Shown one piece after another: positions 1-13,787 of a DNA stretch of 64,000 bases. The notes beneath the pieces are model-generated. The model was not told where the DNA came from, ran no database searches, and was given only the letters and a program-made list of their open reading frames with translations. The translations under genes were made by a program, and so were the position numbers. Numbering within the stretch: the stretch's first letter is position 1; each line of letters starts with the position of its first letter. Origin of the DNA: Ginglymostoma cirratum (taxonomy: Eukaryota); contig JAHRHZ010000066.1 of assembly GCA_024137785.1 (NCBI GenBank), forward strand, positions 4,962,601 through 5,026,600. The letters run 5' to 3'.

Positions 1-295
1 GTCATATTCATGTAATCTGTAAATAGTTGCATAATGCAATAAAATTCACATTGTTTAATCAAAAGTACACTTCTAGTTAGATGTGAGAGGTGGATGTCGT
101 AATCTATATTAGATTACTTCAAGCATGAAGGAACCCACACATAATAACCACCAACTGTTATTGCCCCTTTAATTTTTCTTCTGGATTGCGCTGCATCTTG
201 GAAGTTTAATTCCTGTAGTCTCAAGATGAATTTGGCAACTCTAGCCCAGCCACTGTGGCAGTTCTCATGGAGCTGCATAGTTTAGTTACTAGAAA

Positions 296-375
296 CTAGT
301 TTAGTTTGGGAAACATGGTCAACATGGACGATTTGGACTGAAGGGCCTGTTGCTGTGCTGTACAACTCAATGAAT
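296..375 (+). mobile_element. CR1 LINE 3' UTR remnant
   Basis: ggtcaacatggacgatttggactgaagggcctgttgctgtgctgtacaactcaatga matches the CR1 3' tails at 43225-43285 and 55030-55090. Confidence 0.55.
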
Positions 376-959
376 GTATAAATGCTGACAGATGCCAACA
401 TTCCAAGAAAAGATAAGAACTTGTCACCAAGGTTAAATACTGGTATCTGAAAGGCCCTTACCTAATAATATTTTAACTTCACAGTCAGGTAAGTGAGTGA
501 TATGAATAAGGGTGGGCAATAAGTAGGCATATTAGGGGCAATTTTAACTATGTTACACTCAATTTTACTCTCCCTTGAAGTTGACAAACCCAGTATTTGC
601 AAGAGAGCAAACTGACCGCACACCTAATCCCATAGGTGATCAGTAAGGTTAAAATTATTCTGTATATTTTTACATTAGATAGTTATAGATTGTTGATTGG
701 ATTTTATGATAACTGGCAAACATATACAGATCAACCCTCTGCTCCCTTTGTATGCAACAAAGGAACTCCTCTTGTCTGACAGGAGCTACTTTCATTATGT
801 CCCTTGTAGCACAGAAGTGTCGGGGTGAGACAAACCACGCCCCCCCCTTTTTCACAGCAGTCAGCAGCCTTATTCGGAAATTTAAAGCTCAAGATTCAGA
901 CTGCCACTTTGACAGCTGCTGCCAATTGGTATGTATATAAGGCAACTGTGAGATTAGGA

Positions 960-1560
960 TACCAGGAGGGTAGGGTCCAAGGTGGGTAGGGGGCCAGAAA
1001 AGTGGAGAGTTTAAGGTGGGTCATGGTAGGGGGGGAGGTTTTAGGTGGGTCCTGTGGAAGTGTGGAGGGGGGGTTGGTCAGGTCCCAGCGGAGAGGGATA
1101 TTGATGTTGGGTCCTGAGGACAGGGCAATGGGCAAGAGGGTATTCTGTTGGTAGCGAGGCAGGGATGTTGGCTCCTGAAATAGAAAAGATCAGCTCTGGT
1201 GGCAGGAGAATTAGGTGTCAGATCCAGAGCAGAAAAGGGCGGGTCACATCTGGAGAATGGGAAAGGTGGGGTGGATCAAATCTGGAACATGGGAAGGGGT
1301 TTCGGTCCCATGGGGGTTGCTGTTGGTATCCTGTAGCAGTGGTAGGGTGTGAGTCAGGTTCACCAATGTGTCAGCTCCGCTGACAGGGCCAATTGGTGAG
1401 TCGGCAGGTTGTGGAGTGTGGGGGGGCTGTCCTTCCTGTGGTGAGGGTCCCAGAGTGGGCATCAGGTCAGGGTGTAGGGAGCATTGGGGGCATTCTGAGG
1501 AATGTGTAAGTTGAGGTGTGTGACCTAATCTGAGGGGTGGGGTGGGGGTGTGTGGGGAGA
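960..1560. repeat. G-rich low-complexity tract, probably the interior of a decayed non-autonomous element
   Basis: Dense G runs on the + strand (e.g. gtagggggggagg, ggagggggggttgg, gaggggtggggtgggggtg) in otherwise AT-rich DNA. Confidence 0.6.
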
Positions 1561-2751
1561 CAGTGTATCTGTTTAATAAATTGTCTGGAGTTAGGCTAGG
1601 TATTTAAAGTCCGATGTTGTCCATGTATCTACTGACTGAACTCCAGTGAAACCTTTTAAATTCTCTGAGTTAGATGGATAGTTTCAAAGGGTTTCAACAA
1701 TAAATATCCAGTGGAATCTTCAATTTCCAGGACAGGTTCTTTGGAGTCTGCTATGATGGTGATTCCACAGATTCCCCATGCACAACACCATCTACAACTG
1801 TCTGGCCATGGGAAAATCCAGGCTTATATTGTTTTATTGAATCTCTACATATATCATTAACTCTGAGTCAAGGTGCATTCCATAGTCAATAAATGTGTAA
1901 ACAAAAGTTAGAAGAAATAAATCATTAGCTTATAACTTGTTGTCACTGCTCCCTTTGTCAGCAACAATGTGATAACAAGATGTCCTTGACTGAAATTTAT
2001 TTATTGCAGTAAACGCAGAATGCTAGCTGTGATTTATCCAGTGTAATACAGATTTTTAACCAGAATCAATAATTGCACTTCTAATGTAATTACATTTTAG
2101 ACGTAACCCTTTCCCAGCTGTCTTTTACTACTTCCAACTACTTTATTTTACCTGAAATTGCTGGAGATATTTTAAATCCCAACACCTCCCAGGAGACCAT
2201 GTCGAATTAAGGTTGAGGTGGTGGGGGATGGTTAAAGTCGCAGAACATGAGATTTGTCTAGTCCTGCCCTACCTCTCACCACCATTACTTATTGAGTTTG
2301 AATCCTGGGACTGGAAGTCTGCCCTTCCTGAATGAACAAGACCTACCTTAAATGGCAAAGTAGAATTCCAAAGTCACAGGGACACACATGCCATTTTAAC
2401 ACCGGCCAGTCTTGATGCACACAGTCTCAAACCTGCTAACAAAATCTGAAAGCAGTCAGGACACAGGTCACCAGTTCCTTGCTCCAAAAAGATCTACTCA
2501 CCCTACATCCTAAGTTTTCCCCCAGATTCCAATACCCAAGCACAGATTCTGTCAGTCCTCCCCCATCCCTTACGTACCTTGTGGTTGTCAGACCTAATCT
2601 ATCAATTTTGAGTTTCACCTACCACTGGTAAAATGCTTCCCCCAAGTACTGTTTGGAAAGTGATGATGAGGTCCTGGAGTTAAATCTTCCACATTACCAC
2701 ACTACTCTCTGTGGCCTTGTCCAAACTCAGGTTAATGTCAATTCTTAGGAC

Positions 2752-2985
2752 CTATATGGACAAAGAATGACAGCAGGCCACTCGGCCTTTCATGGCTGCT
2801 CCACCATTCAATAAGATCATGGCTGATCTGATTTTAACTTCAACTCTACATTCCTGCTTATTCCTGATAATCTTTCACCCCTTGGTAATCAAGAATCTAT
2901 CTATCTCTGACCTAAAAATATTTAAAGTTCCTGCATCTGCTGCCTTTTGAAGAAGAGAATTCACAACTTCTGACAGAAAAAAACT
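2752..2985 (-). mobile_element. CR1 LINE 3' end fragment
   Basis: gcaggccactcggcc...ccaccattcaataagatcatggctgatctg is a reverse-strand CR1 tail, similar to 3785-3850. Confidence 0.6.
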
Positions 2986-3681
2986 CTCGCTAAACAAATT
3001 TACATAATGCGCCAACATTCTAAACATTAAATGTTCTTTCAACTCAAACATTACATTTTTAGGTCATATTATATGCCTTAATGTCAAAAGTCCTTCAACT
3101 GTTTTTTGCCTCAATTTAAAGTGTTCTCTGTCCTTCCACTGACAAACTTTTTTGTGGTTTAAAGTAGTTTTCCATAAAAGCTCTCTGGTAAAGATATTTA
3201 TAGGTTCAATTTCCTCTTTGCTTTAACGAATTGTAGATAGAAATCTTTGTAGAGGAAATTAAACCCTCTTAGTTGATTTGGAAATACTGGTGTGAGGTAA
3301 AGGCCCTGTGATATTTTCCCTTGCAATCAATACAGTGGGAGAGACAATTATTGTCATAACAACCGGAAGTAATTAATTATTAGTTTGATTTTCTCCATTC
3401 ATCTCTGATTGATCTTGGTCCTACTGTAAATCTGGGGAATAGTTGGGCAAAGAAAGTCAGGTTTAGGCTCATAACTCGATTATAGTTTTTAGCATGTCCT
3501 ATGAAGCTTACAATGCAACAAAGATCATTAAGTAATAACGAGTTTAGAGGATTTAACAGATTGCACTTTAGGTAAAATTTTCATTTAAAAGGAAGGAAGT
3601 ATATCAAAAGCTATTTTAGTGTTGAGCAGTTATAACAAAATAAACATACTAATTGTTTTAAAAATAAAGTTAAACTTGCTG

Positions 3682-3771
3682 TAATCTTACCAGACCACAG
3701 CACTGCTCTCATTACAGAGAGTTGATGGTGGTGGTTTAACCTGACGGCCAACCCACCTCAGGTGAGGGAAC
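3682..3771 (-). mobile_element. SINE fragment (same family as 44288-44496 and 57885-58078)
   Basis: ccagaccacagcactgctctcattacagaga...ggtggtttaacctga...cctcagg aligns by eye with 44310-44395. Confidence 0.5.
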
Positions 3772-4125
3772 AAAGGAACATAGGAACAGGAGGCTATTCA
3801 GTCCCCTCAAGCCTGTTCCACCATTTGATGAAATCATGGCTGATCTGTGGCCTAACTCCATATACTTGCCTTTGGCCCATATCTCCTAATACCTTTGCTT
3901 AACAAAAATTTATCAACCTCAGATTTAAAATTAACAACTGATACTGCATCCAATGCCATTTTTGGAGTTCCAAATATCTACTAACCTTTGTAAATAGGAG
4001 TGCTCCCAACATCTTTCCCTGAATAGTCTGGCTTTGATTTTCAGACTATGTCCCCTAACTTTAGAATCTCCAATCAGTGGAAATAGTTTATCTGTATCTA
4101 CTCTGCCCTTTCCTATTAATATCAA
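3772..4125 (-). mobile_element. CR1 LINE 3' end fragment
   Basis: Minus ORF 3931-4125 GRVDTDKLFPLIGDSKVRGHSLKIKAR...QRLVDIWNS is the CR1 ORF2 C-terminus (TRGH motif); ggaacataggaac tail repeats. Confidence 0.75.
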
Positions 4126-6605
4126 AGAAACAGAAGGAGGCCATTCAACCCATCATGTCTGTCCTGGCTCCCGATAGGGCTGGAGAATAGGACTAACTGG
4201 GTAGCTCTATCTCCGTAGCCCTCGACAATTAATTACTATCAAATATATATCCAGCTATCTTTTGAAACCTTGTGTGGAATCTGCATCCATCACTCTAGCA
4301 GGCAATGCATTCCAATTCTAGCAACTCTCGGAGTTTCTCCTTATCTTATTCCTAGCTGTCTTGTTGATAATCGGAAATTGTGAACCCTATTTATTGACAT
4401 ATTCACCAGTGGAAACAAAACATACTTCTTTCCTACCAAAATATTCTTATTACCAAAATGGGTAATAATTTTGAATATCTCAATAAAGTCACCTCTTAAT
4501 CTTCTGTTCTCCAAGGAGAAAAATAAGAATTTTTCTCATATCTGTTGGTATCTAAGATTCCTTATTCCAGTAAACTTCCTTTCCACTCTCTCCATGGCTT
4601 TAACACCCTTCCTTAAATAAGGTGCTCAAAACTGAACATAATACTGTAAACGTGGTCTGGCTACTGATTTGTAGACGTTATAGAGGCATAGAGATGTCCA
4701 ACTCGTCCATGCCCACCAGATATCTGAAATTAATCTTGTCCCACTTGTCAGCATTTGACCCATATCCCTCTAAACCCTTCCTATTCGTATTCGAAAGATG
4801 CCTTTCAAATTGTAATTGTAATTGTATCAGCCTTCACCACTTCCTCCGGCAGCTCATTCCATACACGCACCACCCTCTGCATGAAAAAGTTGCCCATTAG
4901 GTCCCTTTTAAATCTTTCCCCCTCACTTTAAACCTATGCCCTCTACTTTTGGACTCCCCCACCCCAGGGAAAAGACCTTGAATATTCACCGTATCTATGC
5001 CCCTCATGATGTTCTAAACCTCTATAAGGCCACCCCTCAGTCTCTCATGCTCCAGTGAAAACAGCCCCAGCCTTATTGAGGCTCTTCCTATAGTTCAAAT
5101 CTTCCAACCCTGGCAACACCTTTGTAAGTCTTTTCTGAACCCTTTCAAGTTTCACAACATCTTTCCTATAGCAGGGAGACCAGAAATGAACACAGTTTCC
5201 AAAAGTGGCATAACCAAAACTATATGTATAGCTGCTATACTCAACTCTAATTTCCCAACGCCTATACTCAGTGTACTGACCAATAAAGGCAAGGAAATAT
5301 AAACTGCACTCCAAGATCTCTTTGTTCGGCAATACTCCCCAGTTACCACTAAGTGTATAAGTCCTGCCCTGATTTTCCCTACCAAAATGCAGCACCTCTG
5401 TGGTATCACTTTTTTGCTTTTATACTCCATGCTTCTATTTATAAACCCAAAGCCTTCTTAACAATGTAACTTGTCTGGCTACTTTCAGAGAATTAGGCAT
5501 AAGACTTAGGCATGTATCTCATTGCTCCTATACTCTCCTCAAAGTTGCACCATTTAGCCTATGTTGTCTCCTTATGTTTCTTCTATCATAAAACATTACC
5601 TCACATTTCTTTGCATTGACCCTATCTGCCAGGTCCCTATCTAACCTGTCAATGTCCCTCTGAATTTGCATAGCGCCATCCTCACATTACACTATTCTTC
5701 CTTGTTTAGTATCATCTTCACATTTAGAGATTTTGCCCACCCGGCTCCAAATGGTTTATGTAAATCAGAAAAAGCAAGCGTCCCAACACCAATCCCAAGG
5801 GAACACCAGCTCCAGTCTGAGAAATGTATACCTACCCTCTGTACCTATCTTTTAGCCAACTTATGATCTATGCTGCCAAGGACACATCAATCCCAAATAT
5901 TTCCAATTTGCTAACTAACTTACCATGTAGCACAGAATCAAAAGCTTTCTGCAGACATACAATTTTCCCAGCACTACCCTCATCCACTACCCGTGTCACC
6001 TTGTCAAAAAACTCATTTAACTTTGTCAGACATGACCTGCCCTTGACAAAGACGTGTTGACTATGTAGTATTAACTTATTTTTCTATCAGTGTATATTTA
6101 CCTTATCCCGTATTATGACCTCCATCAGATTTTCTATTGATATCAAGCTAGCAGGTCTTTTGCCCCTTTCTTAAACAACGATATCATATTTGCGATCCTC
6201 TAGTTCCTTCAGGACTGTGTTTAGAGAGGCCTGGAAAATTCCTGTCAATGACTCTGTGATTTGTTTCCTTACCTCTCTCCGCAGCCTAGGATCCACCCCA
6301 TCCATGCCTGGTGACTTCACTACCTGGAATGCTGCCAGCCTTTTTAGCACCTCTTTATCACTACACTGCTCAGTTACTTGTTTACTATTTATATATTTGA
6401 AGAACATTTTTACAATTTGTTTTAGCGTATCCTGCCATCCTCTCCTCATGCTTCCTCTTAGCCTTCCTTATTCCTACATTTGAGATACTCCTCCTGATTT
6501 CAATTGCTATTGTTGCTCGGGGTGCATTGTATGCCTCCCTTTTCTTCCTTATTTTCTCATCAATATCCTTTCATCCAGGGTAGTCTAGCTTTAGATATCC
6601 CTGTG
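4126..6605 (-). mobile_element. Old degenerate CR1 LINE (ORF2), interrupted by a younger CR1
   Basis: Minus ORF 6171-6449 FFKYINSK...KSPGMDGVDPRLRRE is the CR1 ORF2 region upstream of RT; RT and 3' tail remnants continue at 5400-6100 and 4126-4677. Confidence 0.7.
4678..5398 (-). mobile_element. Younger CR1 LINE 3' fragment nested in the older CR1
   Basis: Minus ORF 5045-5395 LHFGRENQGRTYTL...CVHFWSPCYRKDVVKLERVQKR is typical of the CR1 ORF2 C-terminal region; tail at 4680-4760. Confidence 0.85.
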
Positions 6606-8207
6606 GTAAATAACTCTGAGAGAAATTTAACAACCGCCCTCCTGTCACCACCAGCATCTTTGCAGGCAATGGGTGACCAATAATGAAGAATGGTTGAACA
6701 GCCTACAGCCTCCATGCCCACCCCTGAACTGTCCTCTATAATGTAGTAGATGGATAAAGCAGCTGCCAACCCGCTCACCCTTAGCACCTTTGTGACCCTT
6801 TACTGATCAATTACTGACTAATTAAAAGAGCCTGTTTGCATCATTGCCACAATAATATGTAAGGCTAAAGAAGGCAGGCCAGTCCACTGTTTTATTAACG
6901 TGGACTGAAAGGCAGGAAAAAAGGATGGACACCTCCATTGGGGGATGGTCCATTCTTACTGAGAATGCCAACCCCTTCCGTCACACATATTTTGTGCCTC
7001 CTTGCCCAACCCCAGCCTCCAGAACCGAAACCCCACACTCTTGTCCCTCCCCTACTCCTGTCCCTCCCCCACTCATCCCTTAACCATCATCTCCTCCCAG
7101 ACTGTCATCCATTTCTTCTCCTCAGGACTGTTGGCAGTCCCAGAGATGGACAGCACTGCCCAGTCAGATTGGCTGGCAGCTGTCAATGGCAAGGCTTCCT
7201 GTCCCTGAGGGGTGGAAATCCCAACCTCAACATGTCAAAGTTGTCGCAGTGTGTTATTCCTGCGAGGCATCCATTTTTAAAGTCGGTCAGCTCAAGGCCA
7301 ACTTTGCTGCCAGAAGAGAGAGTAAGGATGAGCAAAATATTCCTCTACTCCATAAAATTCACTCCCATTCTTCAGGAGAATACGGGGAAAAACACGTTGA
7401 ATGTTAAATCTTCAAAATGACGAGAAGAACATGTTTAAAAAAATGCAGCAATGGCCTTAATGATAGGATCGTTTCTCCTCCACCATCTGTTTGTGTAAAC
7501 AAATCTGGTGAATGAATGAATGCATCCCTAATCATTCACTACCACTGGAAAATTCCTCACAAACAATTTTACAAAATCCCTGTGGCTGAGATGTACCACA
7601 GTCTCCAGCCCTCAACAAGTTAAAATTCATTGCCTTGTCGCAGGATCCTTTTTCTTTATCACAAGCAATGCTTTTTCACTCAAATGGTGTTTGACAAAGT
7701 AAATGCGCAGGAACAGTATTTAATTGCAATAAATATAGTACCCATGGATTGAAATCGTTATCAAGTAATTTTAGTGAGAAATTGGAAGCGCAGGATGAGC
7801 AGTATTTCACTCACAGCCATTTTTTGTTCATTTAAGCAAAGGCTGTGGCCTCTCTATGAACTCTTACAGACCCTCCCTTTTCTATTTATTCCTTTCTCTC
7901 CCCAAAATGAACCCTCTTTACGTAAGTTATTTTGCTATGAACTGCTGAGGCAGATTTAATAAGTTTAGATTGTTTACAAAATAGGTCCATTCTTCCTCAG
8001 CTGAACAATATCGTGTGTTCTTTAACTGATTCCAAAATCAGCGAATGGTCAATTTTCCAGTTGTTGAAATTACAAGGACAAACGTATAAAAGAATGCAGA
8101 ATTTGCAGTAAGTATGATTCTTAGATGGATTTTTTATGTTGAAATTCACCATTCAACTGTAACTTTCAATGAACTGCTGTGTGGTGCCCATTACTTAGTG
8201 CAATACT

Positions 8208-8537
8208 TTAGAATCATAAAATCCCTACAATGTGGAAGAAGGCCATTTGGCCCATCGAGTTCAAACCGAAATTCCAAAAAGCTTCCCATCCAGATCCACA
8301 CACCTACCCTATCACCCTGCATTTCCCATGGCTAATCTACCGAGCCTGCACATCTCTGGACACTGGGCAATTGGGTCAAATGTCAATTGAGCATAGCCAA
8401 TCCATCTAACCTATACTTTAGGCTGTGGGAAGTACAAAGAGAATGTGCAAACTCCACACAGACAGTCACCCAAGGCTGGAATCAAACCTGGGTCCCTGGC
8501 GCAGTGACACTGCAGTGCTAGCCACTCTGCCATCCCC
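8208..8537 (-). mobile_element. HE1-like tRNA-derived SINE with CR1-derived tail
   Basis: Minus strand starts ggcagagtggctagcactgc...caggtttgattccagcc (A/B-box-like), has body gtctgtgtggagtttgcacattctc and a CR1-like tail; similar to 42890-43218. Confidence 0.75.
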
Positions 8538-9478
8538 AAATGAAAGGGCATCGAATGGGTACTTGAATGGGTATTGAAGTAACAATGGAAAAAGTACTGA
8601 TGAGAATATCAGTTCCATCACTTTCTAAACTGGCATTATTCAAAACATACAATTCATAATAATTTAAAATCAATTACACCAAGTTAAAAGATGCTACTAA
8701 CCAAAATCCAGTGGATATTCATGAAGCAGTGTGAATGACTTTAGATAAAAGGGATAACACACATATTATTGTTCCTAGAACAATGTTGACTTCCGACTAA
8801 CATTTCTGATTTAGATACAAAGACCATTGGGATAATTCTAACTCAGAGAGGGAATTATGACGTTGATGTATAGGTCACATTTCATCCCTGACCACAATCC
8901 CCTGACAGTCTGACCAAAGAGGATTTAATTCCCAGTCTTCCCTTACATTTCGCACCGGGGACCTCTGCCCAAAGCCATTGGTAGAATGGCAGAAATGCCA
9001 TCAGGCAAAGGTCTGAATTATTGTGGTAGGCAGGCTGTCACCGGGGACTCCTCAGCAGTTTTAGTACAGACTGGACGGCACGGGCCTGGCTGATGGGCTG
9101 TGAAGTGCCAATGAGCAAGTCTGCGAGCACAGAGGGAATAATACCATGGAAGGCGAAGATCAAGGTTTCCTTGTGGGATGCTGAGGAGCACCTTTTTACC
9201 TCCTAGTTTATAAGGAATAAATTAGTTAACATTCTGTGGCCTGCTGCCACCAGGTTGTACTGGGAGTTAGAAACATGTGGGTCTTAATCAGACCCCAGTA
9301 GAATGAGTACCTACACCCGGTGTTATCATTTGGACACAACGCAATCAACACAAGCTTCCTTTGCCCTTGTCAGGCTTTGTTTGGTACTGGTTCTCTGGCC
9401 ACATGGCTTTTTTTTCTTGGTGGTGGAAATATTGAATAAAATTATCTGCACGACGGTGTCTTCAGTGAGTCCCTACAC

Positions 9479-9480
<2 letters not shown>

Positions 9481-9524
<44 letters not shown>
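9481..9524. repeat. (CA)n microsatellite
   Basis: Perfect AC dinucleotide run of about 22 units. Confidence 0.98.
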
Positions 9525-9526
<2 letters not shown>

Positions 9527-9917
9527 CACGGGAAAAAAATACAAGGAATTTAGAATCACCTCAAAAAAAAATGAAGCTGCCTCTTCTGGACCACCTGAGG
9601 CAATGGTATATATGTGTGGTATATATATATATATAATGGTGGTAGACGGGTGTCAAGTGGAAATACTAAGTTAGCAACACTGAGGTTGTGTTAATGACAC
9701 CGCTCCCTCATTCCATTTCCCTCAGGCAAAGAACTATAAAACATAACTGATTTGTTGGCAGCACACAGGAATTCTCAGCATAATGTCAAGTCCATTTGTT
9801 GTAAGGTCTTTAACCTACTATATTAGAGTGTTAGATTAGGACCTAGTTTGGCCATTATACTGTTAATTCCGTATTATTCCAAAATTAAAACACAACCTGA
9901 CAGTACAATTTGACCAA

Positions 9918-12900
9918 TAGAGCTGAATCTCACCAAACTTCAGCAAAATGTCATTTTTATTTAGAAGGTTTCTCTCCATTGGGCCTCAGGATGTTTCCTG
10001 TTTGATTATCTCAAACCTTTCCACTCAGCCTGAGTAAATGCCACCGTCTTCCATCTGCTACCTCACACTCACTCCATCTCTGCTACCGCACCCATTGTCC
10101 ATAAAAAAAAACTCATGCTCTAGCATTCATACCACTTCATGTAATATCTCCCCTTTCTTACTTTAACCAGGCTCCCCCTGATATTCCCACACCTTGCCCA
10201 CATCACCATCACCACCATCACCACCAGTAACCCTCCATGGATTCGGCACTGCCAAGTTACTCACGCAGATACCTCACCACCTTTTCCCCAGCTGCACTGG
10301 CAAGAACAGTTGTGCCAACCACTTCCAATCCCTCCCTTTCTCTTAGTTTAGGAGAATATTGGGCCAAACAGATGGCCTGCCTGACATTCAGCTCCCCCTC
10401 TTCCCTAAAAGAAGAGAATGGTGTCCCTTGCAGGTGAAGACTAGGACCACCTCTTTGGAGATGTGGAAACATCCTTTTGCCCTGACCAATTTCCATGCTT
10501 CTGCATCTATTGTTAGCAATCACAAATTCTATCCCTTGATTATGACATTCTCCCTTTTGCTTCTCAAAGGTAAAATTGAAATGTCCACGCTGGCCACAGT
10601 AAGGAGGTCTGTCCCACAAGACATCTCCTCTTCTACCCCTGAGGAAGTGAGCATGATAACCTCAGAGAGAGCACCCTACTCCAGCTCGGACACTGATACC
10701 TCGCAGCTATGTTCGCTGGATTAGAATTGGGAGCACTACTTGATAAGCACATACCATCACGTGATCTGCATCTGAGTGAGGGAGAAACAGCCCAGGTCTC
10801 TGATACCTGAAGGAGTACTGGAGACCAAGATGTGCTCAGCCTCAGGCAGGGGAAGTCCCCACGATGCCAATCACTCATGACTTCATACAAACACATAACA
10901 GACACAGGAACAGCTGGCAGGTTGTCAGTGGCACTGGGCAACACAACACTGAGGCTGCAGGAATGAAGCAATACAGCAGCCTCCATGGACAGGTTGGCAG
11001 CTGCCAAGCAGAGCTAGATCCAACAATCACAGTGTCTGATAGATATGCACACCATCAATCCAACCACTGGTCCTCAGCACCAACAGCATGGTGTGAGAGG
11101 TACGACAGTCTTTGACCTCACTCCAGGTGCCCCTTCCTTCCAAGGAGGTAGGGCAGTGCCAGTAGGAGCAGGACCCACACTGAGGTCACTCAGAGGTCTC
11201 CTCTGAGAGCAGTCCACACATGGCCCTACCATCCACCTGCACTCTGTGCACCACAATTACCCCTGCGGGAGACCAAGCCGAAGCACTCACCTCAGGAAAG
11301 GCCATAGTTAGGCTTTCTGGGCCCTCAAAATACAAGCATTCCCATTCCCTGGTCACCCAACCAAACCTCCAAATCCAAAGGCCTCCAAAGTAGGTCAGGC
11401 TGACTCCATCCCAGTTGCCAAACAGGGGGTCTTCGCTGAAACTTGGTGCTAGGGAAAGAATGAAGAAAAACCTTCTGAGGGCACATAGCTCTGAGAACCA
11501 ACGTATGATGTGAGCAGTTTGGGCAATGAGCAAATCATGGTTATCTGCAACTTTCACAATTCGATTCCATCTCTCTAGCTTGCTGTCACATCCATGCAGT
11601 AGTGGGGTTCAATCACTATCCTGCAATGAAATGGTCAGAAGAGCTTTGGGCATGGAGTTGTACTCCACAGAGCAGCTTACCAGAAATGTAGCTCTCAGGG
11701 CTCTGTAGGAGCTTCAGCAGGATGGGTAAGTGTCAAATGATGTTGCCCTTTCAAGGACTTCACCTTGCTCAAACTTGCAGCCCCCTCTGTCACAGGACAA
11801 AGCACTCAACCCACTCAGCATGTGGCTGCAGCTACTTTCATCTCCATTGCACACTCATTATTTACAGCACGATGGAAGACATCAGCAGCTACTGCTCGAA
11901 CAGCAAGTCTCAGACACTGTCTTTTCCTATAGGTGATCCTCCAAAGATGAACATTTCCCTGTCAACCCAATAGACTTCATGCACCCCCAAGCCTCCACCC
12001 AAACCGTCTAAGTCTACACCTGCCATTTTAAACCCCCGCCTTCCCCGCCCCAACCCTCCAGGGGTATCAGGCGAACATGAAAAGCCTGGCACTACACTGT
12101 GCCCCTCTGGAAGCCAGTGTGTTCCTCATTATCAACAACAACTCTCACATGAACCCTTTCCCTCCTATTGTCTATCATCCCCCTCCTTTAAACTATCAGT
12201 TGCCTCCCTTCAGCCTCCCCTTGTGCATCGCTGGTCCTCTGATACCTCCTCGACCATTAATGTATGAACACCCCAGTCTGACCAAAGTGCACCCCCCTCA
12301 GCAGCTGCTCCATAACTTTCATGGCCAGTTCAATGAGCCTTTAAACTATGACTGAGGGGCAAAGCACTAAATGCAGCGCAAGGCCAGAAATGTCAAGACG
12401 GGGATGCTGTGAACATCCAAGTAGGTGCAAAGTGAGTCTGCGCCAAGAGATCAAGTGAGCAACCATGGAATGAAACTTGATCGAATCCATGAACTGGGTA
12501 TCTATCCATGTGCATAAAGTGTCCTGGCAGCAGCATTGCAATGAGAGATGCTGCAAAGTGCAGCAGGGCAGTGCAGAAGGTTTCTGTAAGTGGAACAGAG
12601 ATGTGCCATGAAGGTGGGCACAGGCTGGCACATGTTGGATGCCAATATGCGTGGACGTGGACATGGAGTGCATGCGGCCACTTCCCAAGGAGGGTACTCT
12701 GAAATTTTTGCTGGGTATCTAAGATGGAGGTCCAAGTGGCAAGGCTGGGTTTGCCTGGTAGCTGCTCCTATTGCCACGTTGGGAATACTCAGCATCTAGT
12801 TTCCATCTAGTGGATAATAGAATAGGAAACACTGCTTTAATGTGGTGAGATCAAGCAATAATGAGCGTCACCATGAGTGATAACTCCCTGAGCGTGCCTC

Positions 12901-13020
12901 TGATAAGTGAGAATTGTGTTTCAATATCCAGAACTCTGTTGTAAAATGCTACTTGTCACTCCCAATGTTTAAGAAAGACCTAACTGGACTTCTCTCCTGA
13001 TTCTCACAGAAAATCCTCTC
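9918..13020. mobile_element. Decayed PIF/Harbinger DNA transposon (transposase and Myb/SANT partner relics)
   Basis: Minus frames QFMDSIKFHSMVAHLIS and LCSISHCNAAARTLYA (12340-12700) and NRCRSMEIGQGKRMFPHLQRGG (10420-10540) resemble HARBI1-type transposase segments; the S/T/E-rich plus-strand frame near 10620-10860 resembles the partner-gene tail; degenerate TIR-like ends gagctgaatctc / gaaaatcctctc. Confidence 0.45.
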
Positions 13021-13787
13021 TATAGCACAAGTTGTTCAGGGCTTGACAAGGTTTCACTGACGGAATTAAAGACTACTGCTCTGAGACTATAGCTGAGATA
13101 TCACTGTTGCAGTTAACCTTTGGCATGTCATTTTGGACATCACAACACATTTTTCTGCAAATCCTGTAGTTAGTATCTGCTAAAACCGTTGTTGATATTT
13201 GTAAACTATTTCTGGATAAGGTCATGTTGTTGTAGTACTGCAAGGGTTAGCAGCAACTGCGTATCTGAGGAAAAACGTACCTGTGCTGTCCACTCCAGAT
13301 CTTGCCCTGCAGTTGACTAGCTTGTTCCTAACCTGATTTCATTGAGCCATTGATATCGTTACCTAAGTTGTGAATATTCCAACCAGAACCCACAAGGGAC
13401 TGAACATGTCTAACTGGAAATGTGAGAAAACTTGAAATCCGCCACTAACAGCCACCCACACCCACCATCTTTTGGTATGTAAAGAATGTTCCTTGGAGAC
13501 ACTTTGAAAAAATGTAACTAAAATAATAATTTTAGATAAAACAAAAAAGGCAAACCTAGACATGCTAACATTAAATGCCTGCGACTGTTAAGGACTTGCT
13601 TAGAATGATGAAACACTGGAAATACGACAGCAAGAATGGAAATATAAAACAACATCGTATCGTTACTGCTGAAATCAAATGGGTTGGAAGTGAGTTTCAA
13701 CAACAGCAGCATTTTTCAGTTAAACGTGAATTAAACAAGTACTGAAAGCCGTAAATACCACTGAGAAATAGATTATTGTTTAAGTGT

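Noticed and set aside
6610-7560. Possible TIR-bounded MITE-like segments (also ~2160-2640, 17180-17625, 29840-30348)
   Set aside because: Termini too degenerate to define TIRs or TSDs without a consensus; internal ORFs unrecognisable
9303-9674. 123-aa ORF with a TH repeat
   Set aside because: Spans (CA)n and (TA)n microsatellites
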